From positions 1-43,724 of the forward strand of contig JBDRJA010000009.1 in assembly GCA_043815345.1 (NCBI GenBank): a stretch of DNA of 43,724 bases, in the 5' to 3' direction. Under the pieces are notes generated by a model. That model searched no databases and was not told the DNA's origin. It saw nothing but the letters and a program-made list of their open reading frames with translations. The translations under genes were made by a program, and so were the position numbers. Below are positions 41,887-43,724 of the stretch, piece after piece (the stretch's first letter is position 1; each line of letters begins with the position of its first letter). This DNA comes from Patescibacteria group bacterium (GTDB taxonomy: Bacteria; Patescibacteriota; Patescibacteriia; Patescibacteriales; CAYMCJ01).

Positions 41887-42906
41887 TTAGAAATTTTTAA
41901 CGCCTTTTAAACCTTTATTTGCCCTTAAATCATCTATTGTTTTGTTAAGTCCTTTTTCTAATGTAATAATTGGCATCCAGCCCAATTCATTGCGAGCTTT
42001 ACTAATATCGGGTAATCTCAAGGGGGTCATGAATAAATTCTCTTTTGCGTAAGTTATATTTGATTTTGATCCAACTATCTCAATAATATTTTTCGCTAAA
42101 TCGGTTATGTTAACATCAAGGTCTGAGCCTATATTTATCGGCCCTTTAAAATCGGTTTCCATCATCTTTAAGCAGCCGTCTAAGCAATCATTAACGTAGC
42201 AAAAAGCTGAAGAAAAATCCTTATCGCCAAGAATAACCAAATCTTTGTTGTCTAAAGCATCTCTTATAAAATCAGGCACCATCTGATCATCATTAAGCTT
42301 CATCCTGGGACCGTAGATTCTAAATAAGCGTACGATTTTAGCGTCAATATTATAAACATCTCTATAATTTATAGTTAATGTTTCAGCAAACCTTTTGCCC
42401 TCGTCATAAGAACTTCTTTTTGATAGCATGTCAACTGCGCCCATATTTTCTTCTTTAATTCTTTTGTTGTCTTCTTGCCTGGGGCCGTAAACTACAGAAG
42501 ATGAAAAATGCATAAACTTAGCTTTATACTTAATGACTAAATCAAGAATATTTTTTATGCCATATGAATTAGCTAATAAAGTAGCCATTTTATTTTTCTC
42601 AAAATCCTTAGGAGACATTGGGCAGGCTAAATTGTATATTTCTTGAACCCCCTGGAATTGAATCTTGAATTTCTGTAATCCCGGCAAGCTTTCTAAGTCA
42701 ATAGGTTCTGTAATATCATGCCTTATAAACGAAAAATTAGGCTCAGCCAATAGATGATCAATATTCTTTTCATCACCTGTGGAAAAATTATCTACGCAAA
42801 TCACTTTACTTGTTTTTATTAATTCATCACAAAGGTGCGATCCTATAAAACCCGCTCCTCCTGTTACTAAAACATTTTTTTTATCAAAAATTGCGTGTTT
42901 AGTCAT
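41887..42906 (-). CDS. NAD-dependent UDP-glucuronate decarboxylase (UDP-xylose synthase)-like SDR
   Basis: VLVTGGAGFIGSHLCDEL Rossmann motif and catalytic YDEGKRFAE (YxxxK in the UXS-typical context). Confidence 0.85.
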   Translation of the reverse strand: MTKHAIFDKKNVLVTGGAGFIGSHLCDELIKTSKVICVDNFSTGDEKNIDHLLAEPNFSFIRHDITEPIDLESLPGLQKFKIQFQGVQEIYNLACPMSPKDFEKNKMATLLANSYGIKNILDLVIKYKAKFMHFSSSVVYGPRQEDNKRIKEENMGAVDMLSKRSSYDEGKRFAETLTINYRDVYNIDAKIVRLFRIYGPRMKLNDDQMVPDFIRDALDNKDLVILGDKDFSSAFCYVNDCLDGCLKMMETDFKGPINIGSDLDVNITDLAKNIIEIVGSKSNITYAKENLFMTPLRLPDISKARNELGWMPIITLEKGLNKTIDDLRANKGLKGVKNF

Positions 42907-43020
42907 ATTGTTTTAAGATACTTTAAAATTTTAATTTTTTATTAACTATATAGTTATTATACCATAAATACCTTAAACTACTCAAATATACTGCTTCTAA
43001 TAACTTATTATATTCTTTAT

Positions 43021-43617
43021 CTAATATAGACATGCATCGGATATTTCAAACTTTAAACGGCGGAGAACTTCTAGGGCGTTGACGGCATCCCCTAGAAAAT
43101 ATCTCTTACCATCTTTTTGGCTGATATACCAAGCTTCTCCGCTATTTTCTATTTGCAAGAATACTTTTCCTTTTTGATTATTTGAAAAATCTTTATCAAT
43201 TGGTAATTTTATTGGGTACTGATTAATTGGATCATATCCACTTTCTAATTCAACTTTATCATCATAACCATCACTATCAGTATCAATGCTATTCTTGTCA
43301 GTGCCAATCGCATCTTCAAATAAATCCGGTAAATTATCACCGTCCACATCAGCGCCATACAAATAATCAAATTCAATAGGTATTTTATTCAAATCTTTAT
43401 TAGAAATACCTACGCTTTCATTAAGTAAATCCCTATATAGAATATCAGGTCTTACACAATCTTCTACTTTTGGCTTCACTGATTGGTTATCAATCAATTT
43501 ATGAGTTGATTCGGATTCATGCTTTAACAAATAAATATAACCCATGTTAAATAACAATTTTCTGAAGGCATATTTTTTTATTAAACTTTGAATTACGAAA
43601 CGAAGTTTCGTAAACAT
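43021..43617 (-). CDS. Hypothetical protein with thrombospondin-type-3-like Asp-rich Ca-binding repeats
   Basis: GADVDGDNLPDLFEDAIGTDKNSIDTDSDGYDDKVE, plus a C-terminal block VFLQIENSGEAWYISQKDGKRYFLGDAVNALEVL. The annotated ATG lies inside a perfect hairpin, so the true start is uncertain. Confidence 0.55.
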   Translation of the reverse strand: MFTKLRFVIQSLIKKYAFRKLLFNMGYIYLLKHESESTHKLIDNQSVKPKVEDCVRPDILYRDLLNESVGISNKDLNKIPIEFDYLYGADVDGDNLPDLFEDAIGTDKNSIDTDSDGYDDKVELESGYDPINQYPIKLPIDKDFSNNQKGKVFLQIENSGEAWYISQKDGKRYFLGDAVNALEVLRRLKFEISDACLY

Positions 43618-43724
43618 AATCGCGAAGCGATTAAGAATATCTAATGAATAAGTCTAGGCGATGCAAAATCAACTTGGATTGTCCAAATTTGTTCATTAGC
43701 ATGGGTGATTGTAATATTTTTCTC

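Noticed and set aside
1-43724. Alternative genetic code (UGA reassignment, as in some candidate phyla)
   Set aside because: Conserved genes are full-length in code 11. TGA terminates well-defined genes (pilB and the ABC exporter) at family-typical lengths.

Overview
AT-rich, gene-dense bacterial window. About 35 of 40 genes are on the minus strand, and standard code 11 applies (TGA, TAA and TAG all end long intact ORFs). The gene content suggests a reduced-genome, monoderm, CPR/Patescibacteria-like organism; this is inference, not a database result.

Gene content, left to right:
- ftsX (partial) and ftsE, then an RlpA-DPBB/S11 DD-carboxypeptidase fusion.
- tRNA-Gly(CCC) and tRNA-Thr(CGU), separated by a G+C-rich 159-nt insert.
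- A K/E-rich tail-anchored protein, an FtsB/DivIC-like protein and a P2-type cation ATPase.
- A 650-bp hairpin-rich non-coding region.
- A processive GT2 synthase and a DUF1361-like membrane protein.
- A two-gene module: a membrane protein plus a TM-less TraD/VirD4-like ATPase ending in a CxxC-x17-CxxC zinc ribbon.
- A sigma-region-4/HARE-HTH protein.
- A mosaic dcw-type cluster: murB, mazF, RHH, hicB-fold, ABC exporter, murC, RAYT/IS200-like transposase, mtaD, murG, ftsW, RNA methyltransferase, mraY.
- A type IV pilus / T2SS-like locus: pilB; a GT2-DUF2304-GT4-GT4 cassette; pilO, pilN, pilM; PilX/GspK-, PilW/GspJ-, PilV/GspI- and FimT/GspH-like minor pilins; pilC; a UDP-glucuronate decarboxylase.
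- No CRISPR array, rRNA or major pilin gene was seen.

Most notable observations:
1. The uncharacterised membrane-protein + TraD-like ATPase pair (10858-14298).
2. A class of 7-nt-periodic palindromic spacer elements, plus (CGATTGN)n and 8-nt tandem arrays. These sit in operon spacers, directly after stop codons, and even inside murC and murG.
3. A transposase-bearing insertion upstream of murC, bounded by a diverged, frameshifted duplicate of the murC 5' end.
4. The G+C-rich insert flanked by a 13-nt duplication of the tRNA-Gly 3' end.
5. A hicB-fold/RHH/mazF three-gene module.
6. Two equal-length 253-bp non-coding spacers in the pilin operon, one of them where a major pilin gene would be expected.

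All functional calls come from motif recognition by eye. No searches were run.
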